The position numbers and the translations under genes were made by a program. Shown here one piece after another: positions 37,861 through 48,323 of a stretch of 64,000 nucleotides of DNA (its first letter is position 1; every line of letters begins with the position of its first letter). The DNA is taken from assembly GCA_964229335.1 (NCBI GenBank), contig CAXRCZ010000004.1:96001-160000 (forward strand), given 5' to 3'. This stretch comes from Minisyncoccia bacterium (lineage in GTDB: Bacteria; Patescibacteriota; Minisyncoccia; Phycocordibacterales; UBA918). The notes beneath the pieces are model-generated. The model saw nothing but the letters and a program-made list of their open reading frames with translations. It did no database searches and had not been told where the DNA came from.

Positions 37861-38607
37861 TTATAGCATTGTGAATAACATCCACACCGCCATACCAACC
37901 ATCATAAGGTTTTCGGTAAGTGAGATAAAGCCAAGTGGAACGTTGGTGTCACCTCCAACACAGGCACATTTAAGTTCGCGCTTTTCTATATAAACGGCTT
38001 TAAACACTGACACTGCCCCAACGCCGCCGATAAAAAGTGCTACGGGGATAGAGATAACTGGCAGTACACCAGCAAACATCAGTAACCCTGCTGTGACTTC
38101 TGCGTAAGGATAGATATATCCATACGGTACCCACTTCCGAGCCAAAACATCATAGTTAAGAAACATCGTGGAAAAACCTTCAACATCGCGAAGTTTCATC
38201 AGTGCTAAAAGCACCATGGTGATAGAGATGAAGTGTGGAATGATCATTAGGTATCCATAGGCAAAACTAGTCATCACTCCAACAGCAACTGCCAACAATA
38301 ACCCGACCGCAAATATGGCGATGACTGGCTTGTACGTAGTGTCACCTGCTTTTAAGACATGCTTGCCAAAATACTCTCTAAGCTCTGTATGTCCACCGAT
38401 ACGCTTCCCGCCAATAAACGTTTGCGGTGTAGTCTCTACCTGATGTTCTTTTTTAAAAATATCAGTCTCCTCCCGAGTTTTGAGATGATGGTCTTCAACT
38501 TTATACCCATGAGATTCTAGAAGGTGTTTCGATTTCATTCCATAAGGACAGACATGCTTAGGCATAACCATTCGATACAAAACAGCTTTTTTTATTTCTT
38601 TACTCAT
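37861..38607 (-). CDS. Glutaredoxin + MauE-like membrane domain fusion
   Basis: CPYG, TTPQTFIGGKRIGG, then F..YD.LA....YG..YP.AE, LKCACVGG...PLG..SLTEN. Confidence 0.85.
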   Translation of the reverse strand: MSKEIKKAVLYRMVMPKHVCPYGMKSKHLLESHGYKVEDHHLKTREETDIFKKEHQVETTPQTFIGGKRIGGHTELREYFGKHVLKAGDTTYKPVIAIFAVGLLLAVAVGVMTSFAYGYLMIIPHFISITMVLLALMKLRDVEGFSTMFLNYDVLARKWVPYGYIYPYAEVTAGLLMFAGVLPVISIPVALFIGGVGAVSVFKAVYIEKRELKCACVGGDTNVPLGFISLTENLMMVGMAVWMLFTML

Positions 38608-38801
38608 ACTTTTAGTGTACCAAACGTGTCAAGCTGTCACACTTCTGAGCATACACTCATTTTATTTACGCATTTTAGCCATATATTTATGCGTTGTAAA
38701 AAAATAATTTCAGTGTATCCTTAGCCATAAGCAAGCAACGGAAATCTAATGTAGGGGTTTCTGTATATGACAAAACTTATCAATTAGTTTTTTCGTTGCT
38801 T

Positions 38802-40103
38802 ATGCAGAAACTCATATGGACTACAGTCCAACGTCGTATAAACGACCTTATTCCCCAAGAGGTTAATCCTCGTAAAATCACTGACAAACAAATGTCAGAT
38901 CTTAAGCGTAGTCTTAAGAAATATAATTTAGTAGAAATCCCTGCGGTCGATGAAGACGGAAAGATATTGGCAGGACATCAACGTATTAAGGCGATGCAAC
39001 TACTTGGTCGTGGTGACGAGCTGGTAGATGTTCGTGTACCTAATCGTAAACTTACTAAAGAAGAGTCAGAAGAATATCTCATTGCATCAAACAAGCTTGG
39101 TGGAGACTGGGACTTTGACTCTCTTAAAACATTCGATTTCGACACACTTAGCTTTGCCGGTTTTGATGACACCGAATTATCAAACCTGTTCGACACCGAG
39201 GTTGAAGTAAAGGAAGAAAAGTTTGATGTAGAAGAAGAACTAAAGAAGATAAAAACACCTAAGACTAGGCTGGGCGATCTTATTACGCTTGGCAACCATC
39301 GAATCTTATGTGGAGACTCAACTAAGCCAGAAAACCTTAAACGTCTACTTGGTACCGAGAAAGCTTCGATGATATACAGTGATCCCGTCTACAACATCAA
39401 CGTAGATTACGATGGCGGTATTGGTGGAAGGAAGGATTATGGCGGTAATGTAAATGATAAGCGTAGCTTTGAAGAATATAAAAAATTCCTTAGTGACAGT
39501 CTCAAAGCCGCACTAGCGGTATCTGCTAAAAATACCCATGTTTTCTACTGGTGCGACCAAGTCTATATCGGTGTAGTTCAAGACATTTACCGTGAGAACA
39601 AAATACATAACAAGAGAGTCTGCTTATGGTTAAAGAACAACCAAAACCCTGTGCCAACGGTAGCTTTTAACAAGGTCTATGAACCAGTTGTGTACGGAAC
39701 TCGAGGAAAGCCATTCCTATCTACTCAGCATACCAATCTCACTGAAGTGTTGAACAAAGAATTGAGTACAGGTAATGAATTGCTTGAAGAAGTAGACGTC
39801 TTTGTAGATGTTTGGACAGCTAAGCGATTATCTGCAAAGGACTATGAGCACGCAACCTCAAAACCACCTACGCTACACGAGAAAGCTATTAGGCGTTGTA
39901 CGAAGATAAACGACATCATTCTCGATAGTTTTTTAGGTTCAGGTAGCACCCTAATTGCTGGCGAGCAGCTAAGGAGACGAGTCTTTGGCTGTGAACTTGA
40001 ACCACAGTTTTGTGATCTCATCATTCGACGCTATGAGAAGCTGACGGGAGTAAAAGCTAAGGTTGAACATGAAAAAGAACCAAGTACAACCAAAGTTCAT
40101 TAA
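38802..40103 (+). CDS. ParB-like N-terminal domain + N4/N6 DNA methyltransferase
   Basis: NPRKI...ILAGHQR; HRILCGDS, SDPVYN (DPPY-like), HATSKP, LDSFLGSGSTLIA, ELEPQFCD. Confidence 0.9.
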   Translation: MQKLIWTTVQRRINDLIPQEVNPRKITDKQMSDLKRSLKKYNLVEIPAVDEDGKILAGHQRIKAMQLLGRGDELVDVRVPNRKLTKEESEEYLIASNKLGGDWDFDSLKTFDFDTLSFAGFDDTELSNLFDTEVEVKEEKFDVEEELKKIKTPKTRLGDLITLGNHRILCGDSTKPENLKRLLGTEKASMIYSDPVYNINVDYDGGIGGRKDYGGNVNDKRSFEEYKKFLSDSLKAALAVSAKNTHVFYWCDQVYIGVVQDIYRENKIHNKRVCLWLKNNQNPVPTVAFNKVYEPVVYGTRGKPFLSTQHTNLTEVLNKELSTGNELLEEVDVFVDVWTAKRLSAKDYEHATSKPPTLHEKAIRRCTKINDIILDSFLGSGSTLIAGEQLRRRVFGCELEPQFCDLIIRRYEKLTGVKAKVEHEKEPSTTKVH

Positions 40104-40542
40104 GGAACTAGCAAAGACTCCTATAGTATCTGTAGCTTGTGAGAAAGTGGGTATTTCTAGACAAACTGCATATCGCTGGATGAAAGAAGATGAAAAGTTC
40201 CTAGAGAAGGTTAAGGAAGCAATGAAAGAAGGTGTTAGTTTGGTTAATGATGTAGCTGAAAGTAACATCTTAAAAGGTATCAAGCAGGGAGATAAAGGAG
40301 ATACTAAGTATTGGCTCAGTCACCGACATGAGTCATTTAGAAAACCACATCGCCATCGTGACGCCCAGTTAGATTTCCTCACTTTTAAACTACTGGAACA
40401 ATATAGCTCCACTGATGCAACGTTTGATCCTTATTCAGAAGCTAAGAAGCAAGCTGCCAAAGCACGAGTTCGAGAAATGCTTGATAAGTGGAAGCCGTTT
40501 TTCCCCGACGAACCGACTAAGTGTAAAAAGCAGAAGAAATAG
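40069..40542 (+). CDS. HTH protein, terminase-small-subunit-like
   Basis: IVSVACEKVGISRQTAYRWMKED, DVAES..LK.I..GD....KYWL. Confidence 0.65.
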   Translation: MKKNQVQPKFIKELAKTPIVSVACEKVGISRQTAYRWMKEDEKFLEKVKEAMKEGVSLVNDVAESNILKGIKQGDKGDTKYWLSHRHESFRKPHRHRDAQLDFLTFKLLEQYSSTDATFDPYSEAKKQAAKARVREMLDKWKPFFPDEPTKCKKQKK

Positions 40543-41004
40543 TTATTCTGCTTTTACTAGCCAATCACAGGCTATCCAGCCAACTTGTCCTCCAGCATTT
40601 ATCTTGCAGTAATCATTTGCCTCATCGTAAGAAATGACTTCAACAACTGTATGTTCCTTTACTGCACCTATTTTCTTTCGGTCAGTATACGACTGCCAGA
40701 TATTAACTTCTTTTGGTGAGATGTATGCAAATTCTGTTGATTCAACTTTGTACGTTCCTAGTTCGAAGCTGCTTTCTCGTACAGGAGGTACGTATGTTCC
40801 GACGTCATAATTAGTATTGGGTGTACTGCTAGCATCGTTTATTGATGACATTACTACTGATGACATGACCCCAATAAACAATATGATGACTATCAATCCT
40901 CCTAGTCCAATACCTTGTTTGGCTCGACAATGAGGACATCGTCGTGCCTTCTTAGGAATGTCCATCTGACACTCTTTGCATTTCTTTGTTTGTTCGTTTG
41001 ACAT
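40543..41004 (-). CDS. Zn-ribbon + TM + SH3-like protein
   Basis: CKEC...CPHC, TM, C-terminal YCKI..GGQVGWIACDWL; start reassigned to ATG 41004. Confidence 0.7.
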   Translation of the reverse strand: MSNEQTKKCKECQMDIPKKARRCPHCRAKQGIGLGGLIVIILFIGVMSSVVMSSINDASSTPNTNYDVGTYVPPVRESSFELGTYKVESTEFAYISPKEVNIWQSYTDRKKIGAVKEHTVVEVISYDEANDYCKINAGGQVGWIACDWLVKAE

Positions 41005-41045
41005 TAAATTGTGGCTTACGTTTTTAAAAAGGAGCGGATACACAA

Positions 41046-41120
41046 AGCCCGCTACCAGGAGAGCCGAAGCTCCTACAAGAGTTTCCCCTTGCAACGTAAG
41101 CCACGCCCTGATAACGGGTT
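41046..41120 (-). ncRNA. c4-like cloverleaf antisense RNA
   Basis: 12-bp closing stem, GAAA and UUCG tetraloop arms, one arm complementary to flanking 15-bp direct repeats. Confidence 0.65.
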
Positions 41121-41429
41121 CTCTGTGGCTTACGTTTTCGTACCATACCGCCAGAAATCTGTCGGGTTAGGTCACTTGTTGTGTAATGAACATAATAACA
41201 GAAATCTGCTATTACTGGGATTGTATCGCTGAAATTAGTGTTTGCTAAGCAAGATGCCTACAGCGTCACAATCGTAACATCTGACGCATATACCTGACCT
41301 TTCTTGAGGTTAGGGTCAGGTTTCAGATTCTGCTCATCTAATTTCTGCAAAAGTTCTATTAATTCGACTAAGTTACTTGCCATATGTGAGAGCTTAGCAG
41401 GACTAGTATTCTCTGGCATTAATATAAAT

Positions 41430-42725
41430 ATGGAAGGAGACATATCTTTGTCAGAGGCACGAGTGAAATATTGTTTATACGCTCGTAAATCTACTGAGTC
41501 AGATGAACAACAGGCATTGTCTATCGATTCTCAGATCAAGGAGATGCAAGCTATTGCTGAGAAGTTGAACCTTAATATTGTTGATGTAAAGCGAGAGTCG
41601 TACTCAGCTAAAGCGTCTGGCAAGCGACCTGTATTTCAAGAGCTACTCAATGAAATAGATTCAGGAAAATATAACGGAATACTCACATGGGCACCTGATA
41701 GATTGAGTCGTAATGCTGGTGACCTAGGTTCAGTCGTTGACTTAATGGATGCGAAGAAGTTAGTTCATATACAAACCTATGGGCAAACTTTCAGTAACTC
41801 ACCAAACGAGAAGTTTCTCCTAATGATTTTATGTTCTCAAGCAAAACTAGAGAACGATAACAAAAGTCAGAATGTACGACGAGGACTCCGAGCTAGGGTT
41901 GAAATGGGATTATGGCCGTGCCGACCACCGACTGGCTATACTAAATTCAAACGTATGGATCAGAAGTGTGAATCTGTAATTGATCCAGAACGAGCGCCAA
42001 TCATTAAGCAGATATTTGAGAAGATTGGTTATGATGGCTGGAGTGGTCGCAAACTCCATATCTGGCTTCGGGATGAATTAGATTTCAAAACTGAGAATGG
42101 TAAGCATCTCAGCCTAGGTAATCTTTATCGTATTCTTGAAAACCATTTCTACTACGGACGGTTTGAATATCCAAAGAATTCAGGGAAATGGTATGACGGC
42201 GCACATGAACCAATCATTACCAAAGAGTTATTCATCATTGTTCAAGAGCAGATTAAGAGTCAAATACTTGAACCACGTTCACAACAAAAAGAATTTGCGT
42301 TTACCAAAGTAATGACGTGCGGACTCTGTGGATCAGGAATCACTGCTGACGAGAAATTCAAGAAACAAAAGAATGGCAACGTCCACCGCTATGTCTATTA
42401 CAAATGCACTCGCACTAAAGATCCTAATTGTGACTGTGGCTTCATCAATGAAAACGACCTCATATCACAACTACAAAACCTGATTGATGATATTGACATC
42501 AAAGTAGTGCCGATGAGAGACAAGATTACTTCTGAGGTTAAAAGATATAAACAATTTCAGCACATGTTACTGGGAAAAGAAGAAAAGATTGCTGTTAGTA
42601 ATATTGATATTAGGAATTATGCGAAGTTCATTTTACAAGAGGGCGATATAGAAGAAAAAAGAGAGTTTCTACGGTGCTTAAAAAGTGCAGTTGTGCTGAA
42701 TAAAAAAGAAGTCTCACTCGTCTAG
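41430..42725 (+). CDS. Large serine recombinase (resolvase + recombinase + Zn ribbon)
   Basis: YARKSTE (catalytic Ser), DRLSRN, HEPIITKELF, CGLCG...YYKC; start reassigned to 41430. Confidence 0.93.
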   Translation: MEGDISLSEARVKYCLYARKSTESDEQQALSIDSQIKEMQAIAEKLNLNIVDVKRESYSAKASGKRPVFQELLNEIDSGKYNGILTWAPDRLSRNAGDLGSVVDLMDAKKLVHIQTYGQTFSNSPNEKFLLMILCSQAKLENDNKSQNVRRGLRARVEMGLWPCRPPTGYTKFKRMDQKCESVIDPERAPIIKQIFEKIGYDGWSGRKLHIWLRDELDFKTENGKHLSLGNLYRILENHFYYGRFEYPKNSGKWYDGAHEPIITKELFIIVQEQIKSQILEPRSQQKEFAFTKVMTCGLCGSGITADEKFKKQKNGNVHRYVYYKCTRTKDPNCDCGFINENDLISQLQNLIDDIDIKVVPMRDKITSEVKRYKQFQHMLLGKEEKIAVSNIDIRNYAKFILQEGDIEEKREFLRCLKSAVVLNKKEVSLV

Positions 42726-42845
42726 TCCATAGGCCATCATTTGCTTTTTTTGGACTAAAGTGTTTCACTATTTGAGTATACGTTGCTCCAATACTTTTTG
42801 CCTCACACATTTTCTCCGAGGTACTTACAATTTAACTAAATATAT

Positions 42846-43664
42846 ATGATCGAATGGTTTTTAGCCTTGGGTCCTGTGACTCAAGCGCTCTTAGCAGGTT
42901 GTTTTACCTGGCTCGTTACTGCACTCGGTGCATCAGGAGTAATCTTCTTTAAAGAAATAAACAAAAAAGTTTTAAACGGAATGCTAGCCTTTGCGGCTGG
43001 TGTGATGATTGCAGCCAGTTTTTGGTCGTTACTCTCTCCGGCAATTGAATTATCAGAAGGCGGTCCACTGCCAAAATGGTCGCCACCTTTGATAGGGTTC
43101 TTACTCGGTGCTGGAACGTTATGGATAATGGACAAAATCATCCCTCACTTGCATCTCGGTGCACCTATGTCAGAAGTTGAGGGAGTAAAGACCTCTTGGC
43201 ACCGTAGTGTCCTTCTGATTTCATCAATAACACTTCATAACATACCTGAAGGATTGGCTATTGGTGTTGCTTTTGGAGCGGCTGCGGCAGGTATTGAAGG
43301 AGCAACAGTTGCAGCAGCGATTGCTCTAGCTGTTGGTATTGGTATACAGAATTTCCCAGAAGGTGCAGCAGTTTCTGTCCCATTGAGACGAGAAGGATTT
43401 ACTCGTAAAAAAGCGTTTTGGTATGGTCAATTTTCAGGAATGGTTGAGCCAATCTCAGCGGTGTTAGGAGCTGCTTTAGTAATAACGTTCTCACCCGTTT
43501 TACCGTATGCACTAGCCTTTGCGGCTGGAGCTATGATGTTTGTAGTCGTTGAAGAATTGATTCCTGAAGCCCAGCGTGGCGGTCCGGGCATGGCAGATTT
43601 TGCCACAGTGGGAGCAATGATTGGTTTTGCTGTAATGATGTCATTAGACGTAGGATTAGGTTAA
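42846..43664 (+). CDS. zupT: ZIP family metal transporter (ZupT/GufA)
   Basis: FAAGVM, HLH loop, [32 protein letters not shown]. Confidence 0.92.
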   Translation: MIEWFLALGPVTQALLAGCFTWLVTALGASGVIFFKEINKKVLNGMLAFAAGVMIAASFWSLLSPAIELSEGGPLPKWSPPLIGFLLGAGTLWIMDKIIPHLHLGAPMSEVEGVKTSWHRSVLLISSITLHNIPEGLAIGVAFGAAAAGIEGATVAAAIALAVGIGIQNFPEGAAVSVPLRREGFTRKKAFWYGQFSGMVEPISAVLGAALVITFSPVLPYALAFAAGAMMFVVVEELIPEAQRGGPGMADFATVGAMIGFAVMMSLDVGLG

Positions 43665-43670
43665 AAATAT

Positions 43671-44579
43671 ATGTCTCACAACCATCATCACGGTCATGGA
43701 CATCACCACCATCACCATGTACCCAGAGGGGGTAACATTTTGTTTGCTGCTATCCTAAATCTATCTTTCACCATCATCGAAATCATTGGTGGTATTTTGA
43801 CCAACAGTGTCGCAATTCTCTCAGACGCTCTGCATGACTTGGGAGACAGTATCGCTTTGTTCACTGCATACATTGCTGAAAAGCAGTCTGAACGTTCACC
43901 TGACAAAAAGCGTACCTTTGGCTACGCTCGTATTTCTGTATTCTCAGCACTCTTTAGTGCCGTGATTCTGATTGTTGGTTCAATCTTTATTTTGACGGAG
44001 GCTATTCAGAGATTATTCAGTCCGGAACCAGTTCACGCTACTGGAATGATTCTATTAGCAATCTTTGGAGTAGGGGTAAACCTTGTGGCGTTCTTTAGAT
44101 TAAGCAAAGGAATGAGTGCCAATGAAAAAGTGCTGTCATGGCACTTACTTGAAGACGTGATTGGCTGGGCAGCTGTACTGGTTGGAGCCATCATCATCTA
44201 CTTCACAGATTTCTATCTCATTGACCCAATCCTAACCGTTGGCTACACCCTGTTCATTCTTTGGGGTGTTTATGGGGGTCTCAAAAATGTCATCAATATC
44301 TTCATGCAGGGGACACCGGCCTCGGTTGATATAGAAAAAATCAAAGAGGCGATTCTAGAAGTTTATGAAGTTCAATCAGTTCACGATATTCACGTGTGGT
44401 CGCTAGATGGTGAGCACAATGTTTTGACCTGTCACGTAGTACTTGATAATGGCACTATAGCTGAAACGAAGAGGATCAAGGAGAGTATAGAAGATAAAAT
44501 GAAATCATTCCACGTCAACCACACAACAATTGAGTGTGAGATTGAAGGAGAGTGTGTTGGAAAAGACTGTAGTCACTAG
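43671..44579 (+). CDS. CDF family Zn/Co/Cd efflux transporter with His-rich N-terminus
   Basis: HHHGHGHHHHHH, SDALHD, TFGY.R, HLLED, HDIHVWSL, HTTIE. Confidence 0.93.
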   Translation: MSHNHHHGHGHHHHHHVPRGGNILFAAILNLSFTIIEIIGGILTNSVAILSDALHDLGDSIALFTAYIAEKQSERSPDKKRTFGYARISVFSALFSAVILIVGSIFILTEAIQRLFSPEPVHATGMILLAIFGVGVNLVAFFRLSKGMSANEKVLSWHLLEDVIGWAAVLVGAIIIYFTDFYLIDPILTVGYTLFILWGVYGGLKNVINIFMQGTPASVDIEKIKEAILEVYEVQSVHDIHVWSLDGEHNVLTCHVVLDNGTIAETKRIKESIEDKMKSFHVNHTTIECEIEGECVGKDCSH

Positions 44580-44642
44580 TTTGTTGGAATGTAGACATAT
44601 CGTTTAATCTTATGTATTTATCTGATAAAATGGTCAGGATAT

Positions 44643-45047
44643 ATGCGGAAATTACTTAATGCTAATTCGATACGTAGAATACTGATTTTCTTAGGGATTG
44701 GTTTTTTCTTGTTGGCAGTGACACTGTGTGCACATTTTGCAAATCCAACCGATTACGCCACCGACACTAGTGTTGCTACGTGTGATTTGTCAGAAGTAAT
44801 ATCATCAATTTCTGTCTCAAAAGAAAGCATGGGACTACTGTTCCTGTTGATGCTTTTAGCATTAGCGTCCCTTGCTTTACCTACTATTTCTTCATATCCA
44901 AAAACAGAGGTGTGTTTGCAGTCGCTCTACTCACAGACCTATTCAATTACGAATGAATCTTGGTACAAAGTTTTAGACCCTTTTTTACTTGCGCTCCGTA
45001 AAGGAATCATACATCCCAAGCTATACAACACAGCGATAATTAGCTAA
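44643..45047 (+). CDS. Leader ORF B (2 TM, C-x17-C loop, ...LLALRKGIIHPKLY)
   Basis: Same architecture and C-terminal motif as leader ORFs A, C, D. Confidence 0.75.
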   Translation: MRKLLNANSIRRILIFLGIGFFLLAVTLCAHFANPTDYATDTSVATCDLSEVISSISVSKESMGLLFLLMLLALASLALPTISSYPKTEVCLQSLYSQTYSITNESWYKVLDPFLLALRKGIIHPKLYNTAIIS

Positions 45048-45098
45048 CGTTCACGACTGCTGATAAGTCAGCTTTTCGTGATACACGTTGGCTTTTTT
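45042..45098 (+). terminator. Intrinsic terminator overlapping leader ORF B stop codon
   Basis: agcTAAcgt/acgttggct, tcacga/tcgtga, gctga/tcagc stacked stems then T6. Confidence 0.8.
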
Positions 45099-45148
45099 GC
45101 TATTCATTTATTTACTCTAGAACGTTTAACACAAAACCTATTAATTTT

Positions 45149-45907
45149 ATGGAAGAAACTATTACACAGAAACCTACTAACCCGTACCTGATACCCTTGG
45201 CTATCGTTGTTGCTGGCGGGTTGATTGCAGGGGCGTTGTACTTCGGCACAAATGGAAACACAGTAGCTCCAGTAGCGGTAAACAATAATGCTGAACAAAC
45301 AGCCCAAGCAGCACCACCGCCAACTGGCTCAACTGATGACGTTAGACCAGTTACTTCTGAAGACCACATTAAAGGCAATCCTGACGCACCAATTAAAATT
45401 GTTGAATATTCTGACTTTGAGTGTCCATTCTGCAAGCGGTTCCACGACACTATGAATGAAGTTATGGATAAGTACGGCGAGAGTGGCGAAGTCGCTTGGG
45501 TGTTTAGACAATTTCCATTAGAGCAGTTACATCCAGTAAAAGCTCAGCGAGCAGCAGTTGCATCAGAGTGTGCAGCAGAGTTGGGAGGAAACAATGCGTT
45601 CTGGACCTTTACTGACGGATACTTCGCAGACCCTTCAACTGGAAACAATCGAACGAACCAAGACGTGTTAATTCCTGAATTAGCAGCTGCAGCTGGTCTG
45701 GACAGTAATCAGTTTAATGAATGTCTTGAAAGTGGTAAATACGATAATCATATAGACGCAGATATCGCCAATGCGGTCGAAACCGGCGGGCGTGGTACAC
45801 CATGGAGTGTCATGATTGGCCCTGATGGTGCAACCTATCCAATTAATGGCGCGCAACCTCTAGCGGCCGTTGAGCAACTTATTTCAATTGCGAAAGACGG
45901 TCAGTAA
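45149..45907 (+). CDS. DsbA/BdbD-like thioredoxin-fold protein
   Basis: DHIKGNPDAPIKIVEYSDFECPFC, FRQFPL, GTP. Confidence 0.92.
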   Translation: MEETITQKPTNPYLIPLAIVVAGGLIAGALYFGTNGNTVAPVAVNNNAEQTAQAAPPPTGSTDDVRPVTSEDHIKGNPDAPIKIVEYSDFECPFCKRFHDTMNEVMDKYGESGEVAWVFRQFPLEQLHPVKAQRAAVASECAAELGGNNAFWTFTDGYFADPSTGNNRTNQDVLIPELAAAAGLDSNQFNECLESGKYDNHIDADIANAVETGGRGTPWSVMIGPDGATYPINGAQPLAAVEQLISIAKDGQ

Positions 45908-45912
45908 CTATC

Positions 45913-46461
45913 ATGTACCTCAAGACGTTTAAGCAAGTTCTGGCAAAATCCGTCTATGCGGGACTGTTTCTAGCGGTGAGTTTTTTTGTGCTGTCGATTG
46001 CCATCTTGTTGCCACACATCGGACTGTTAAAAACCTTATGGCAGTACGAATCAGTGTCGTTACTCGAAATCGGGTTGATGACTGTGAATCTCTACGGTTC
46101 ACTAGGAACAAATTTTTCGTTTCTGTCAGCAACATACACGATACTCATTGCCGTATTATTTGGTCTACAAGTAACTCTTCTCACCTATTACGTCAGGAGT
46201 ATACGGAGCAAAATAACCAATCTCACCAGCGTAGGTGCTAGTAGTATCGGCGGCCTCGTTAGTGGATTTTTCGGCATTGGTTGTGCCGCTTGTGGAACTT
46301 TCTTACTGTCTTCAATTCTTGTTTTGTTTGGTGCAGGTGGCTTACTCGCTTGGCTACCCTTTGGTGGAGAAGAGTTCGGTTTGCTTGGTGTGGGGCTGCT
46401 CTTGTATGCCAATCACATCGTCGTAAAGAAAATAAATGCACCACTAGTGTGTGCATCGTAA
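45913..46461 (+). CDS. Membrane protein with intramembrane CxxC
   Basis: About 4 TM, GIGCAACG, C-terminal Cys. Confidence 0.7.
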   Translation: MYLKTFKQVLAKSVYAGLFLAVSFFVLSIAILLPHIGLLKTLWQYESVSLLEIGLMTVNLYGSLGTNFSFLSATYTILIAVLFGLQVTLLTYYVRSIRSKITNLTSVGASSIGGLVSGFFGIGCAACGTFLLSSILVLFGAGGLLAWLPFGGEEFGLLGVGLLLYANHIVVKKINAPLVCAS

Positions 46462-46488
46462 TCAAAATTTATTCTTAAGTAATTAAAC

Positions 46489-47022
46489 ATGAAACCATTA
46501 ATAATTATTGTTGGTCTATCAGTACTCCTTCTCGTAGGTGGTTCGTGGTGGTCAAACAACGCACAACAGAAAGTATACGAACAAGAAATTGTCGGTATTA
46601 CATCTACTATTGTGACAGATCGTAGCCATGTACAGACTGAAGTAGACTACAAAGACACTCCTCCGGTTGGTGGGAATCATCATCCTGTCTGGTTGAGCTG
46701 TAATGGCGACATCTACGATGAGCCAGTGGTAGATGAAAATGCGGTTCATTCACTTGAGCATGGTGCCGTCTGGATTACCTATCAGCCAGAACTTGCTGCC
46801 GAACAAATTGAAATTCTCAAAGGTAAAGTGAAAGGATACTCTTTCATGAGTCCGTACCCAGAACAAGAGTCACCAATTATGCTCACAGCGTGGGGTGTAC
46901 AACTTCCACTTGATGCAGCTGATGATCCTCGGATAGATCAGTTTCTAGCAAAATTCCGCCAAGGACCACAAACGCCTGAGCCGGGTGCAACCTGTAATGC
47001 CATTCCGGGAGGAATGCAGTAA
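46489..47022 (+). CDS. DUF3105 family protein
   Basis: PPVGGNH, VHSLEHGAVWITY, LTAWG, TPEPGATC. Confidence 0.88.
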   Translation: MKPLIIIVGLSVLLLVGGSWWSNNAQQKVYEQEIVGITSTIVTDRSHVQTEVDYKDTPPVGGNHHPVWLSCNGDIYDEPVVDENAVHSLEHGAVWITYQPELAAEQIEILKGKVKGYSFMSPYPEQESPIMLTAWGVQLPLDAADDPRIDQFLAKFRQGPQTPEPGATCNAIPGGMQ

Positions 47023-47030
47023 ACTGAACT

Positions 47031-47654
47031 ATGAATTATCAAGCTATTAAAAGACAGTTGCCAGCCCTCCTTATCGGGATTGTTGTTGGTGTTGGAATGT
47101 TCTTGCTCGGTCAGAATTCTATTCCACTCGATAAACCAAATGAGGCAGAGATTGGTTTTGCACAGGACATGAGTGTTCACCATCAACAAGCAATCGAAAT
47201 GTCATTTCTTGTTCGAGAAAAAACCGATGATCAAGAGATTCGCGGTTTTGCCTTTGACATCATTAACACCCAAGCCAACCAGCGTGGCATGATGCTTGGT
47301 TGGCTGGATTTGTGGCAACAGCCACTCTCAACCACTAAAACGCCAATGATGTGGATGATGGATGATATGTCTTTTATGGATCACAGTCAGATGACAAAAG
47401 ACTTTACCTCTGGAGCATACATGCCCGGCATGGCAACCAGTGACGAAATGCAGACACTTGTTGAAGCGAGCGGAACAGACGCTGAGCAGTTATTTCTCGA
47501 GCTGATGATTCGCCATCATAAAGGCGGTGTCATGATGGCAGACGGGGTTATAAAGCGCAGTGAGAATGAAACAGTCACTCGCTTGGCGCAAACCATGGTC
47601 AACGGTCAACAGGCAGAGATTGATTACATGAATGAGTTATTAACAAACTACTAA
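47031..47654 (+). CDS. DUF305 family protein
   Basis: FAQDMSVHHQQAIEM, MPGMAT, FLELMIRHHKGG. Confidence 0.9.
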   Translation: MNYQAIKRQLPALLIGIVVGVGMFLLGQNSIPLDKPNEAEIGFAQDMSVHHQQAIEMSFLVREKTDDQEIRGFAFDIINTQANQRGMMLGWLDLWQQPLSTTKTPMMWMMDDMSFMDHSQMTKDFTSGAYMPGMATSDEMQTLVEASGTDAEQLFLELMIRHHKGGVMMADGVIKRSENETVTRLAQTMVNGQQAEIDYMNELLTNY

Positions 47655-47663
47655 AGAAATAAT

Positions 47664-48323
47664 ATGGAAGAAACACAAATAAGCGAAGATCCTGTTAAAC
47701 ATAACGAGATAGAAACTCCTGCTACAGCAGTAAAGATTCAACAAAAACCACTGCTAATGTACGGTGCAGTTGTTTTAGTTGTCGTCTTGATACTAGGTGC
47801 ACTTTTATACTCGCAAGGAATTATTGTGGCAGCCAAAGTAAATGGCGAGTCCATTAGTCGTCTTAGCGTTCTTAGTGAATTAGAAGATCAAGCTGGAGCA
47901 GCGGTACTTGATTCTCTTATCTCAGATATCCTGATTGAACAAGCTGCGACTGAAGCGGGTGTTACTGTAACTGATGCTGATGTGGTAACAGAGATAGCGG
48001 CCATCGAATCACAAATTTCTGGACAGGGTGGAACTCTCGAGGATGTGTTGGCGCAACAGGGATTAACCCGAGAAAGTCTCACGAAGCAAATCAGAACACA
48101 AAAGATGTTAGAGACGTTATTTGCCTCAGACATTACGGTCACTGAGGAAGAAGTTAACGCGTTTATTGAAGCCAATGGACCCTTACCAGAAGGGCAAGAA
48201 GAAGCACTGCGTCCGCAGATAGAAGAACAAATCAAAAGTCAGAAATTTAGCACTGCTGCACAAAGCTACATTACCGGTTTACGCACACAGGCAAACATTC
48301 AGTACTTCGTAGACTATGAATAG
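47664..48323 (+). CDS. SurA-N/PrsA-like chaperone lacking PPIase domain
   Basis: TM, VAAKVNGESI, LDSLI...LIEQAA, VTEEEV..F, LR.QANI. Confidence 0.75.
   Translation: MEETQISEDPVKHNEIETPATAVKIQQKPLLMYGAVVLVVVLILGALLYSQGIIVAAKVNGESISRLSVLSELEDQAGAAVLDSLISDILIEQAATEAGVTVTDADVVTEIAAIESQISGQGGTLEDVLAQQGLTRESLTKQIRTQKMLETLFASDITVTEEEVNAFIEANGPLPEGQEEALRPQIEEQIKSQKFSTAAQSYITGLRTQANIQYFVDYE

Larger units (their letters stand above)
38802..42725. mobile_element. Integrative-element core (ParB-methylase, HTH, c4-like RNA, large serine recombinase)
   Basis: Co-located phage/ICE-type genes inside the accessory island; att sites not identified. Confidence 0.6.

Noticed and set aside
41258-41443. 61-aa minus-strand ORF upstream of the recombinase
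   Set aside because: Could be a small excisionase-like gene, but no motif supports it and it overlaps the recombinase start
38802-42725. Intact prophage or restriction-modification system
   Set aside because: No large terminase, portal, capsid or tail genes, and no recognisable restriction endonuclease
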